Shown: positions 42,504-56,904, numbered from the whole stretch's first letter. The stretch: DNA of 62,762 bases, filler included, from Sphaeroforma arctica JP610 (GCF_001186125.1; 6 parts of 3 records of this genome joined end to end with filler, not necessarily neighbours in it); one strand, 5' to 3'. Notes: a model not told the origin generated them from the sequence alone. Translations and numbers: made by a program.

Positions 42504-44060
42504 TATTATTATATTATTATATTATTATATTATTATTATTTGTTTACAATAGTTTATTTATGACTCTCCTAATGTACATATGTTTCTAAGTTAGTTACAA
42601 CGTCCTGATTGCCACGAGTATTAACCCTGTGATGCCAGAATGGGTGTTGTATATCTGAGGCAGGTCGATCGTACTAGTACTTAGCGCTCTTGGGCCCACG
42701 AGGCCAAGTGTTGAATCAGAAGGATGCGACTGACCTATGTGTGGGTAACTACCGGTAGTGGAGCGGGGCTGGCTTGATTAGTAATATATATTTACATGGT
42801 CCTGTTGCCTTTGGCGATTGGCGATGAGTAAGCTTATTATATAAACTGACATCCAACTTCGCAAACGGAATTCAAGATTATATTTATCTAAATATATATA
42901 TATATATTCATATTTTTATATTTATATATATATATATATATATCTATATATGAATATATATCTATATCTATATCTATATCTATGTCTATGTCTATGTCTA
43001 TGTCTACACGCACACGTGTGTATATACACACGTACATATGTGAGCGTATACGAATTTGGATGCGCATTAATACATATGTGTATATGCATGTTTGTATATA
43101 TTGTGAGTTTATGCAAGTGTTGTGTGTGTCTGCGTTTTGTTATGCGTTCTTGATTTATTGAATAAGTAGTTTTTGTTTTTCTCTTATTGTATATAGTTTG
43201 CGTTTGATCGACCTGTGAAGTGTGCTTTATAGTAATACTTGTATGTCATCATACACGTACACGGCTGTCTCAGTATACGAATACAGCGTATTGCTTGTTT
43301 TGTATCTTCTATTTGTATCAGATGATATAAAAAGCCCAGACCTAATTCATACGCATAGTTAGAATAGAGTACGTTTCTCTATTTGCGCTCTACACGTGTG
43401 CCTATGATTAAAATCAAAAAACTACTGGGGCATGGACAGTTGACTCTCTAAGACATTGTGTACATTAAGTTACTTGTATCATTATTTCGCTGATAGATTG
43501 CCTATAGATTTAAAGGCTACGCTCAGATGTGCTCATCTCCGATCTAAAGCATGCTATTTTATCCGAAACGTTGTTAATACATATCAAAAAAAACTATATT
43601 TCTTGCGTACGTATATATATATATGTACTGCTTTCGAACCCCCTTATCTTCTCAACTATATTGTATACACTCGACGTGAATTTGATCAATTTAATACACC
43701 TGCATCATATCTTTGATTTATTTGACACACTGTGTTTACCAGCGTGTAAATATCCTTTCCGTGAACGAAGGGAGGTTCAGGTATTTGGGTGTAATAAATG
43801 TAGCAACTTTGAATCAAAATGTACATTATGAACCTGTATAAACCTATAGCCAATGGAAAATTATAACCCATTTATCACTGTGTCGTCCATATTGAAAGAA
43901 ACCGGAAGTGAATCAAGAAGGATAAGACTGAACGATATTTTATTTATAACCATTCAGAAGGGCAATACTTTCTCGTAACGTATGGTACGTTAACTCCAGT
44001 CCCCTTACAAGGACTGCACTACACTACCGATGTCGGGGCGTGCATCCTGTACTCGGCTTA

Positions 44061-44522
44061 TTAGTCGAGGTTAATTAGTTTCTGCATCTCCTTGTATTCA
44101 AAGGTGCCAATGGCGGTCTTGCTCTTGCGACGCTCGCGGACCTCAATCTTGTTGCCCTGCTCCAGGTGAACCATTACTTCGCGCGTCATTACACACTGGT
44201 CGTGCTCGTTGACCTCCTCAGAGAACGTACGCAGGAGCAGATTTCCGTGGTTGTCTGTGGCCTCACTCTCAGGAGGCGCGAACACCGTACACTTACCGTT
44301 GCTGACCAGCAACTTGTCCTTAGAGTGGATGTCCTTCACAATTTTGCCTACGTTGTCCTTCACAACGCTGCAGATTCCTTCGAAGTTGTCGAGATATGCA
44401 TCATTAGTTGAACACATGGTCATCAAGGTCGAAGATCCGTCATTCTCAGCGAGATCGGTGTAACTCGACTTGCGGCGCTGCAATCTAAAGGGCTTCGCCG
44501 AAGTCGAGGTAGAGGATGCCAT
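44061..44522 (-). CDS. Intronless hypothetical protein, 153 aa
   Basis: Clean ORF with GC-rich third positions in an AT-rich background, an AAGATGG start context and an upstream TATA box. No family recognised. Confidence 0.75.
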   Translation of the reverse strand: MASSTSTSAKPFRLQRRKSSYTDLAENDGSSTLMTMCSTNDAYLDNFEGICSVVKDNVGKIVKDIHSKDKLLVSNGKCTVFAPPESEATDNHGNLLLRTFSEEVNEHDQCVMTREVMVHLEQGNKIEVRERRKSKTAIGTFEYKEMQKLINLD

Positions 44523-44601
44523 CTTGAATGATCTTTTGGGGGGAGGTTATTTAGCTTTCAAAACTTTTAGTTCTGTATTGAGTACAACCTTGTGCACAGT
44601 G

Positions 44602-44609
44602 CTTTTATA
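44602..44609 (-). promoter_or_regulatory. Candidate TATA box (TATAAAAG)
   Basis: The plus strand reads CTTTTATA, about 80 bp upstream of the ATG at 44522. Confidence 0.5.
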
Positions 44610-47600
44610 CACCTGGGATCGTCCTCACGGACACCCGTTATTAGCATTATATAGAACTATTTCTAGGAAGACCGAACAATTCTGGGACTATATCTGGCTG
44701 ACGGGCCCCTCACAGTCACTGACTCACAGCCAATTCGAGAACAGAATCTGTCCACGAAAGTTTCCCAACTGGGACGCCACCGTCTGTCCCATCAGCTGAT
44801 TACCCAAAAACGGACGTATTTCATTGCAACATAGTCAGTATTCCACTGTCATGGCTTTTCCGCTGATGGACTATGACGCTCAAAATACGCACTGGTTATG
44901 GCTTCTAATTGGACTTCCCGTTATGGCTTTTTGGAGTAAATGCCGTCCGGTCTTACTCTCATATATCAATTGCAGTGAATCTGGATTAACGAATCATCAT
45001 TCAGGACAACTGATGACACAAGTGATTCAGATTTGGAAACTTGAAATATATATATATTGTTTTGTTTTTTAAACAAAAATATTAAAAGTACTAAAATCAT
45101 GGACAGCTGCGGCTGCGCCTGACCCCGGTCCTGAAACAGGCCCTCGGGAGCCCAGCTGTTCGCGACGGTCCCGACTCCCGACAGTCTAAAAATATATATT
45201 TATAGGACTCTATTATTTTTACCCGTTGGAGTTCAGGCTGTTCGAACTGGCTACTCGGGTTTTAGCTTTTCCTCTCTCCGATTTTAGGCCTTCAAGACAA
45301 CTTCAGATTTTTAAGTTTTGTCACCATTTAGGGCTAGATTGACACCTGTAGAGATTTGTTGGGGCTAGTTTTGATAGGGAATTTTTGAGAGAACACAGGG
45401 TTTATTTTGGATTGTTTTGATAGAGTACTTGTAGTACGTAATTAAAAACATACATTTTCGGACTATGATACTCTTTGTTTTTAAGCGAAAAATATAAATA
45501 TACTTTTATAGAAATACTGTACAATTCTGAGGGCTACCCTACTACACAATCTACATAGTAAATAGTAGTACTTTTAGTAGTAAATACATAAGTGGCCAGT
45601 GGCTACTGGCCAAGCCTCAGAGAGACGATATTGCCGACAGCCTACAGGGCTACAGCCTACAGATACAGCAGGGCCGTCAGTCCGTCACTGTCACTCATGG
45701 TGGGTCACATTACCACAGTGGTTAAATAGTATTTTTACTCTATGTGCGAGACTGCGAGACTGCGAGTCGCATTGCTCAGACATTCACACCAATGCTCAAC
45801 TGCTCACTGCAGGATCCAGAGCCCATGAGTTCTGACTCCTTCGGCCCTTCGACCTGAGTCCTGAGTCCTGAGGGCTGATGGCCGAATGGCTGAGGCGCTT
45901 GAGGCTAAAAATCTGAGAGACGACCGAGACTTGAGACTGAGAGCCTGAAGTCCTGAAGTCCTGATTCCTGAACGCCCTGAAGATTGAGGGCTTCTGAGGC
46001 CCTGAGCCTTGAGCCTTGAGGGCTGAGGCTAAGTTTTGAGGTTCCTTACCTGACCAGAATCAATGTGATCTTCCATTAAAAAATATAAAGTCCCAGGAAC
46101 TCAGCTTTCTAGAATCCTCTATTGTAATCTTATTTGTCGTTGAGACGTATCAATATCTCGAACTATTCCGTCGGTTCACTATTTCTGAACCCTTTTTTTT
46201 TTGAATTTTTACCGTGCATTATTAACAATGAAGTCCGTTTTTGCTTTTGTACAAAACAAACATAAATAAAACCATGAAAACAATATCAATTCCTGTAGGT
46301 CGGGGCGCCGGACTGTAAATATGTATTTTTGTTTTATAAAAATGTATTGTGGAGTTTGGACTCAGGAGTGTCAGAACTCAGGACCAGCTCAGGCTTTTTT
46401 TTAAACCGCACTGTTGACAGTTTTCTGCGCACAGCGCAGTTCGCAACTCTCGAAAGCCACATAAAAGCCAAATGTTATTCAAAAATCACATTCACCACTA
46501 TAGAGTAGAGACTATAGAGTAGACTATAGACTATAGAGTAAACTGTATTAGTCTGTAACAGCGAACTATAATAGTAAATATAATAATATGCAGTATACAC
46601 TATACAGGATACAGTATATACTACAAGACAGACTATAGTCTATACTCTATAGTCTATACTCTCGCTTATCAACACTAAAAATAAATTTACACTCTATAGT
46701 CTATACTCTATACCCTCTCTCTATATAGTAGTGAGCGTATAGAGTGTATACTGTATACTGTATAGGGTTAATATTATTTATTTCAGAAATGGCAAGTATG
46801 TATGATACAATGTATGAACATATGGTATGGCTCTCATAGTCGCTGTAGTGGTTCAGGAAAGATTGATGGGAAGAAGTTGTATACGTACAGAGAGTCAGAG
46901 ACCTTGGAGTCTTAGACAAGTCTTTAGGATTGGATGCAGAGTCTGCGACTCTACGTCTTTGTTCTATTATTTTGTTTCGTTTTATATAAAAAATATAACA
47001 GTGACTTGCCACTAAAAGACTAAAAGTAGATATTGCAGCTCCTGTCCTAATATAAGCTCTGATAAATACTGTATTTTGCCTTTTCACTCTTGGGCTCTCA
47101 CCCAGAGAGTAGTTTAAGTTTGAGGTTTCCCTCTATGCGATTTTTTTTTGGATGTTTTCAGGTCTCTTGTTCTGTCCTATAATTCTTTGTTTTTATAAAA
47201 ATAAATGAAGACCAGCTGGTCTAGCCGGGGCCCAGAGGCGAGGGTCCCAGGCCGGGCCGCCAGGACTCCAGGAGTCCTCCTTCCAGTGAGGAGTCACTGA
47301 GGACTGAGGACTGAGGATTTAAAATTAAAATTAAAATAACCTCTGGGCCCTAATCTCTCTACAGTAGAGAGAGCCTAAGCTTAATCCGTTAATGGATTAC
47401 AGAATAAAAGTTGAACGGAAACTTATACTGATTCGTTTTGAAAACGTTAAAAAGGTTTCGCAGGTCAAAATAGAAAACGAAATTCTCAAATTTGCACTCA
47501 ACATGTAAACCTAAATTCTAACGAAATGGATTATATGGCAAATAGAGACCAATGAATATCTCGACTGACAGGCTGGCCCGCCGGGTTTAAGACAAATTGA

Positions 47601-48948
47601 TGGCCTGGAAATTGCACCATTTCAAATTCCATAGGGCTATAAACAGAATAAAAGTTGAAATGAAACGTTTCCCGATTCATTTTGAAAAAGTTAAAACGGG
47701 AACTGAATGAGGTTAGGAGGGAGCTCTCAGAGGTTAGGAGGGAGCTCTCAGTCTCAGACCTCTGGTCTCTTCTGGTCTCTGGATAGGCTGATAGGGTCTC
47801 GAGCGGAAATCAAAGTTATGTCGTAGCGGAAATCGAAAATTTAGCAGAGACACAAATCCAGAGGGCCGTGACTATTTGTATATACTATTTTTTTTTACAA
47901 AATCACACTAATACATATTTACTAGTAAATACTAAATATGCTAGGCTTGCACCTTTAGGCTTGGACAACGGGGCTGTATTTGGCCTTGGCCAGCGTCATA
48001 TTCCTAAATTTAGACGAAAAATCGTCATTTTGTACCTCAATATATTTTTATATTTTTATCACTAAAAGCTTTAGCTATTAAGTCCCTCAGAACTTTATTT
48101 ATTCCAAATAAGTAATTAAATGTAGCTTTTTATGCCCATTTGAGACCCTGTTCATGTACATACCAGCAGTGGAAGAGAGAAACGTTGAGGTTTGCTATAG
48201 AGAAAGAAGTACATGCCACAGTGTATGTGTAGCATACGTGGCTGTATACAAGAAGGTGACAGATATATTTTACTAGTGAAGTCAGTCAAACCTAATAACA
48301 AAACGCTCATAAAGGAGGCTGATGCACGCGCTCAAGATTGGCTGCACAGCGTACAACCAGGTATTGCATATGATGCTATAACGAAGGCCTTTTAAAAGAG
48401 ATATGGAAAGAAAACCCATGCTGCCATCAATGCCAAACACTTTCCTCTAGACGAGTTGACCTTCAAGGGTAACTGGCAGATCGCGGCATACATCAACGCC
48501 AAACATTTTCGTGAATTTCAATGGACAAAAGATTACCAGTTAGATCGAGTCACCAAATTACAGTCACACAAGCAACAAGTTGTTAAATGCATATGTTTCT
48601 TGGGAGTGAAATAAATGCAGCGAAAACATAACGTTCGAGAATGGTCACGACCTACCCCGTGATAAGAAACGTGCAAAACTCTGGATATCACGTGTGTGTT
48701 GTTTTAGACGTTAAGCTACAACGTAAACAGAACAAACAGATTGAGGATACTGACGGTTAAACAGGCTTACACGTGTATAGAAGACATTTTTCACCAGATA
48801 AGTTCAGATAATACACCAAGCAAGAAACGCAAACGTGTAACGCTAAAAGGAGATGCTGTACCTACATTTAGAGTAGTAATTTCTACTGTTATGAATGCTC
48901 GCAAGAGTCCGACTAAATGAACAGAGCGCCACGAGATACAGAGCTCAG

Positions 48949-49760
48949 TGTAAGATTTGGTCTAATAAAGACGATACTAATGCCTTAGAATAAATAACCG
49001 CGTAGGTAAATTCTATATATCGTGTAAATATCGATATAAATAAACGAAATGAGATGTTTAATAAAGTTAGGTTTGCCTCGTGAAAACAGCAATACTCTGA
49101 GGGATTGTGAGGCTGAAAAATTGCCTATATATAATCCTCTCAGTACTGTTTTCGCCGAAGGGATTTTATTTAGTGTTACGTCGTCGCTCACCTCTGGGGC
49201 GAATCCGAGAGACTCATAAAATCCCATCTTTAGAAAAATTAAAATTAAAATTAAAATACTCTTGACGTCTTTAGTTATTGTCTTAACCAATAACTTGATT
49301 ACCGACTTAGCCTTCATCAGACTGGCACATCTGATTGGCTTATCAGAGGATCAACTAGGTAACGTTAATAGTCCCTAGAAACCTATATTCGATTGAGCCA
49401 TCTCGCTACCGAAGTATTCCGATATAAATAAAATTGGAAAGTAAATAAAGCTCTACTAATAGAACTCGACCAACTCTTTTATGTTTGGTATTTTACTGAG
49501 GCCTTTTAATGGCCTCATCCAAATATCTGATATGTTAAATGGAAAAGGTTTAATTAATAAAACCATTAAAAACCATTTGAGGAAACTTAAGCTCCTCGTG
49601 CTATTAAGAGCACATTTAGGAGACTTAAGTTCCTCGTACTATTAAGAGTACATTTAGGAAACTTAAGTCCTTCGTACTATTAAGAGTACATTTATAATTT
49701 GCGTACTGCTTAAGAGTACGTTTATACATAGAGTCTAATGTGGAGGCCCGGCTTATTACA
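48949..49760 (-). mobile_element. 3' LTR (~812 bp) of a Ty3/Gypsy retrotransposon
   Basis: Bounded by inverted TGTAA...TTACA ends. On the minus strand it is immediately preceded by the purine-rich tract GCTGGGTGGGGGCTG (49761-49775). Internal ~37-bp tandem repeats lie at about 49580-49720. Confidence 0.75.
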
Positions 49761-49898
49761 CAGCCCCCACCCAGCTTTGAGACCCAATAGAAGCAAGTTG
49801 CTCACTCAAGCTAATTATAGGTCAAAAAGCGAGAAAGGAAAAACAGACCGAAACATTAAGTAGCATAACATATAGTTAATGTTTCTCAGGCGGAGAAG

Positions 49899-51143
49899 TT
49901 AAGTGTTCTCGGTTACCCTGTGAGTTTTGGTCTTAGGTCCAGTAGGTCCGTGGTGGTTGACTGGACGTTCCTTACGCTTCAGTGTCTTAAGCACATATGA
50001 AGGATGAGCATTAAGGCTCGGGATAAATGCTGTCGGCGGATAAGTTTTAACTTCCGTTCCTTCAGACGATGGAAACAGGTTATTTTTTTCAGCTTGTGAC
50101 TTATGCAGGCGTTTACGCCATTTTCGACTAAAGGCTTTTAAATACTTGGTTATCGAAAGCATCTGAAGTCAACTCAGCTATTGTACCGTCTATAAAGCGT
50201 GTACGATAGTATGTATAGCCTCCCCTATCCGTTCTCCATATAGTGTCTTTAAATTCAGAACGATCAAGAGGGGCATTAGAGTCATGTCTTCTTGCGAGTA
50301 CAATCTCTGTAATCGGAATACGACTTGTGCCTATATTAAGCGCACTAGAACCATCTGGGTTATTTACCTCGTATGTTCCACTTTTGGTGTTTACTACAGA
50401 GATTATGTATGGACCTATCCATTTAGATGTTAATACAGTAGCATAGGAATTACGTTGACGGATGTTAACTGTGTCACCAACCTGACACTCTGCTATCTTC
50501 TTGGTAGTGTTCCAACGCTTTTGCCTTTTTATTAAGGCTATACTTCGTATTTCTCGCAAACAAGGATATACAACGTTATAAAAACGTTGGACCTTCTCTA
50601 AGCATGATAACTCATGGTGATCGGGTTCGTCCTTGTTAAAAGGGATTTGTAACTCACTATATCTGCCACAAAAATAATGAGCGGGTGTCGTTCCTGTAAC
50701 CGGATAAGCACACACGTTCATCTGTGTTTGTACCCACTTAAGATGGTACGACCAATCATCTGCATCATCCGTTAATGCAGTGCGCAAGAAGAACTTAAGT
50801 CTTCTATGGCGCGTTTCATTTGCGCCTTGCGTTTGCGGCATATATGGCACACCTCTTTTATGGCATATGCCTGGTACTAGCGATTCCATAACGTCATCGC
50901 AGAACTCACTACCGTTATCAGTGCACATAATACCCGGCCACCCGTGGTCAGCAAAGACTTTGCAACATAATTCTGCCACGGTCTGCGTATTCTTATCCTT
51001 TAATGGATAGATCAAGTTAACCGTGACGCCACATCAATGAAGTGGCATACGTAACGGTCGCCTGTGTGCTCGGACGTGGGCAGGTCAACCAGATCAATGA
51101 TGACCCTGCGCCATGGAACATCTTGAGCCCGTAAACTTCGATG
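49899..51143 (-). mobile_element. Frameshifted retroviral-type DDE integrase of an LTR retrotransposon, with a possible chromodomain-like tail
   Basis: PWRRVIIDLVDLP...FIDVASR is followed by a frameshift near 51018, then LIYPLK...GWPGIMCTDNGSEF...PQTQGANE...KWIGPY. Integrase is the last domain before the PPT and LTR, which is the Gypsy order. RT and RNase H are not seen before the gap. Confidence 0.85.
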
Positions 51144-51547
51144 GAAATTACTAGGTTTCAAACTATATTAAACTAAAATACAATTTAGTCAGTTAGGATT
51201 TAGCAGTGGTAGCTTGTGTAAGAATGATCGGGACTGCCTCTTGTTAAGAGCCTAAATATCCTCGATCACACAGGGCGTACCTCTAGCTGTTCTTTATTAT
51301 GTAATTTTCACTAGAAGTACTNNNNNNNNNNNNNNNNNNNNNNNNNNNNNNNNNNNNNNNNNNNNTTAATTAATTAANNNNNNNNNNNNNNNNNNNNNNN
51401 NNNNNNNNNNNNNNNNNNNNNGTATATATATATGAGGGAATACAATTCATGCTTTCTGCTTTCTGTTATGATGGTTCCGTATACATCCTCGCGCACATAT
51501 AGATGTCGCCGTAGTTGCTCTTTTCCGCGTATATAGTACTATACGAT

Positions 51548-54002
51548 ATGTCTTCGAATTCCAGCCCCATTATGTACACAAATAGGTAACGAAACCAATA
51601 GCCAGACAAGGAACAACAAAAGCACTCACTTGCATTCGTAAACGTCTATGTCAAAGTACTGTGCGTATATCTCGTACATGTAAATAGTATGAAAAGCTTC
51701 TAACGAGGCATGGTCTTGCTTGTTCTGTGCTAAACTTTCGAGACCTATCATAAGGTAGCTCTTGTTTATCTAGCACAAAGCACGGGTATCGTATCAAATC
51801 CTAACACTTTCTGAACTCCATCTCCATAGCAACCACCCGCTCAAGCTTAGAGCACCGGACGAGAAGAGGAATCGGCGCAGCTCTGTATGTACTTTCTATA
51901 TGTTTCTAATTTTCGCAACCATGTATGAATATGTATATCATCTATAAATCTCACACATGTATAGATACGTATGGCATGTATTCGATTTATACATGTACGT
52001 ATATAGATATGTATTGTTATCTGTTCCCGAAGGATGCGTACGTCGATGCTGTGCGGCAGACATCTATGTGATGTGCACTGTTCCTCTACACAGAGTGCGT
52101 GCGCTAGTCACGAGCTGCGGGATTACCTCTAATTCACATACACCGCACCCGACAGGCTGTAAATGTCCCTATATATATATATATATATCATGTACATAGG
52201 TCATAGTCCAAGCCTTGAATGCATCTGACACATCTATGCCACCTGTTCTATTTTTAGATTCTGAAGCCTCCTAATTCGCGCCGGTCGATTGCCCTGGGTG
52301 AACTTAACGGCAACACACCAGACGCGCGCGATAGGAAAAAGTATGCGGCGTATCTCCTGTGTGTCTTTCTAGTTGTGTGTTGTGTGCTTTTCCTTTTTCA
52401 CTAGGGAATGCAAGTGCAGGGTATGTCTACCTACCGTACGTCTACCTACCACTTAGCTACATATAACACATCCACGTTGTATGCAAAGGTACTTTTGCAC
52501 TAGTTGAGTATCGAAACAGAACGATGGCTGCCTACTTTGCGTACACAGTCGTGTGTGTATAGTACTACGTGCCTGATCTCAACCAGACATACCAGGCGAT
52601 TGGGATAGTACACTCTCTCCTGTAGAAGATACTCACATGTTTACTACACCAGAGATGAATAGGAATACAATAAAGGATCTCATGGAAACAATAACAACAT
52701 ATAGGAACGTGTATGGTGATGTATGTATCTCCTTGCGTGTCGTGCTTCTCTGTGCCTGTGTGCTATAGATCGCTTCAACTTGATGGTCGTTGCTATGGCA
52801 ACGATACAGCTTTTAACTGTTCATTCTCTGGATGGGTGTAGAGCTTGATATAGCATGATACCCCACGGACTGGTTGGGTGCTCAGACCATTCAAACATCA
52901 CTTTATGTCCTTAATATCATACACAGTGTCATTCATATCACACACAGTGTCATACATAACACACACAGTGTCGTATATATCACACACAGTATCGTAAGTC
53001 TCAGCTGAATACAACCCTGACTTGAAAACTCACACGCATAAAACTGATTAAACTTGTAAAACTTGCACTCATAAACCCCGTGAATCTATTCTTAAACTCG
53101 TTTATGCTTCTGCTTGCGTAGGAAATCTGCCGGACGAAGGGTTAGCTTCGCCCCACAGGATGACTTCTGGTATGCTCTTTTAATAGAACTATTTTTTTAG
53201 TGCCTTGTATATATATATATCTTAAAAGCACGTCACACGCACATATCAAGGTTTTAGTTTTCTTGTGATATGTAATATAGGGGGGGTGTGTGACCTAAAG
53301 CCCTGTATGGGCGCTTTAACCCTAAATGAATAGGTGATGTAAGATATAGTGGCAGCGTGCACCGTTATAAACCTGATGGAATGGTTTATCTATATTGCAA
53401 GCGATTTCAAGTCATTTTACGTTATTATTATTCTTTTATTTTCAAGCCAGAGATCGTCTCGATTGAGATATTTTTTATTTATATACACAGATGTTTACTC
53501 AGTGCAATACCCTGCAATGGTTTATATTCTCTCTCTGAGGGTTTTATCATATAAACCTTGCGCCGGAGGGGTATATTCAAAATGGTTTCGTTTATTTTAA
53601 TATATTTTTCTGCGTTGCAGGATATTCAAAAAAGCCGATGCGCCGTCCAAGACCGATGGGCATGAGGCGGAGAAACTTCGGGTAGGTGCGAGTTTCAATA
53701 CTTGTAGAATGTACACATGTGTAAGTGTATGAATATATATATATATATANNNNNNNNNNNNNNNNNNNNNNNNNNNNNNNNNNNNNNNNNNNNNNNNNNN
53801 NNNNNNNNNNNNNNNNNNNNNNNNNNNNNNNNNNNNNNNNNNNNNNNNNNNNNNNNNNNNNNNNNNNNNNNNNNNNNNNNNNNNNNNNNNNNNNNNNNNN
53901 NNNNNNNNNNNNNNNNNNNNNNNNNNNNNNNNNNNNNNNNNNNNNNNNNNNNNNNNNNNNNNNNNNNNNATATATATATACTATATATATATATATATAG
54001 TA

Positions 54003-54093
<91 letters not shown>

Positions 54094-56859
54094 TATATAT
54101 ATCTCATTCTACATTGCTTGCTTATTCCCACTACAGTCCTCCAAACCGAACGTCAACTTCTCTGGCGGGTGGTCTAGTTTCTCTGATCTCAAAGAGGTTA
54201 GCGAATTGGCCCACACAGGCACTCGAGGTATGTTCATTGGTACGACAGTGATTACATCCGCGTCCTGTGCTGTTGAAGGCAGCTACATATGTATATCATT
54301 ATACTCCATGGTATTCATATATGTGTATGTGCTTGAATGGGTAATTTCGTCAGACATATACGGATATTTATACTAATAATCATACTAGCGAGATGTATAC
54401 TGGTATATAAACTAATACTAACGCTAGTGAGATGCATACTGATATATAAACTAATACTTATATACTGATATATAAACTAATACTTATGTATAAACTAATA
54501 CTTGTACACTGATATACAAACTAATACTTATATACAAACTAATACTTGTACACTGATATACAATCTAATTCTTATATACAAACTAATTCTTATATACAAA
54601 CTAATTCTCATATGCAAACTATTGCTTATATACTAATATACAAACTAATACTTCAATACTGATATATAAACTAATGCTTATATACAAACTTATATACTAA
54701 TATATAAACTAATACTTATATATAAACTAATACTAATCCTCGCGAGATTCAAACTAATGCCATCCTATATGCCATTACTATCCGACAGACAACGACATGG
54801 ACCCTGAGGATGCCGAGATGAACACAGACACCATATACGGTACCACTATCCTTCATTTGCATAGCTGCCATCCACATACATAACATGAAGGTCGATGTCT
54901 ATGTACTTGTCCTGGTGCACTTAGATGGTCTAGATGTTAATGTTCTGGTGTGATCGGGCTGTCTATATGTTGTTGCAGTATGTTCGTATTGGCATGCTTT
55001 GCTGCTCTGTGTGCATACAGCTATTCCCGGATGTTGCTAGTCTCGGAACGAAGCTTCACTATGTGAATGGTGGCATGTGTATTGGGAATATATATATTTA
55101 TATATATATATAATTATTTTTATAATTATAACAAGACAACATTTGAACCCCAAGTATGTTGCGAATCCATTGGCACTTGTCATGCACCTCACTCGGGTAG
55201 TGTTAGTGAGTTCTGACGTAGAGTCCGATGTAGAGTCTGGTACTCCCACACACTCTCACTTGTACCGACATGACAATGAGTACCAGCTGATTTATTGTCG
55301 GATTGTCGTACGGAATCTGGACTTGTTCCGAACTGACTTCCCATTTTTCCGCTGCTCTCAGAGGAAATGACCCGGCCCAGAGGCACTACCGACCCGAATG
55401 TGATCACACTGTCCATCGCCGAATCCGACATGGACATCTCAGACGCCCACGAGAAATCCGACAAACCCGACAGCCCTCCCCCAGGCCGTAGCCTGAAGGG
55501 TATGTCAAGCTAAACGCCACTGTACACGGAATAGGGAACTAGTTTAGTCATAGATACCTAAAACCCTAAACCTTAAACGCCATTGTACACGGAATAGGGA
55601 ACTGGTTTAGTTATAGATACACTCTCGGAAGGGCGCATTTTGGGGGGGGGGATAGTTGATATATGAATGATTCCTGAAGTCCAAAGCACAGTCTCAGGAG
55701 CGTGTAGTCGGTGTAAGGCACAGGCTGGGTTTTAGGGTTTGAGGTTGTTCAAGTAGGGTTGCGACGGACACCACAGCACACTCGTATTAAGATGTAAGAC
55801 GACCTAGTAAGATATAGGTGACGTACCAGGATATCGATGACATGGTATAGTATAATGACTAGATGATGTATTAAGACATAGCTGACGTATCAACATATCG
55901 ATGACGTAGTATAATACAATACTGGATGACGTAATATCATATCGATGACGTATCAACATATCGATGACGCATGGTAATCATCCGTCCTGGTAGGGCAGAG
56001 GTGCACCCCCAAGCCCTGGCCCGTCAACTGACTGGGCGTACCTGTATTCTTCCCAACTTGATTTCATGTCCTGTACAGACACAGCTGAGTTCCCGCCTTA
56101 GCTCTGTCCTCATCTCATCGCACCAATGCTCAGCACATAGCAGTACACCCACTTACACCTTGTCTGTATGTGACTGATATGGTGTGGGACATATTTGGCC
56201 CTTTTATTGACTCTCCCATACAATCACCGCAACGACCAGACGGCACCATGAGCCGAATTCCAGTCCCAATCACCCAGGTGAGTACGGCAGCAGATCATAC
56301 TGCAAGCCATTCCGAGTCTTTTGGCCCTCCTGTTTTGGACAGTACCGGTCCGAATCCAGTCGGCGATGGACAGGGCGATGCGATGGCTGCCCTGTTTGGT
56401 ATGTAGACGTACGTGGGTGATGCGTGTGGCATTGTGCTGAGCCCGTAGTGTGGACAGTTCATCTGTTAGGTTGTGCGCGGTAGCCTAAAACCCTAAAACC
56501 CTGAGTGTAATGTTGGTGTGTCAGTGTACGTGGGTGGCCTGTGGTGTCCAGGATTTTTGAAGTTTTTGGGTTTTAAATCGGGGACGTAGCTATGTGTGTG
56601 TGATGGTCACATGAGCAGAGTGTACGTTGTGGGAAGAAGCTGTTTGGGTTGAGTGTAGCAGTGAACTCGGTGTGGTGGGCGGAGAGGAGCTGACGCATAT
56701 GAACTGCGGATAGGAAGTTTTGGCATGCTGTTTTTGGTATAGATGTAGGTGTATTTTTTAGTAGGGTTAACATGCAGTTCTTAGTATATACATGTATATG
56801 TATATGTGTAGATATATGTATATGTATTATATATGCATATGTATATGTATATGGACATG

Positions 56860-56904
<45 letters not shown>

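Noticed and set aside
48985..49317. 110-aa ORF as a host gene
   Set aside because: It lies inside the predicted LTR, is AT-rich and has no recognisable domain.
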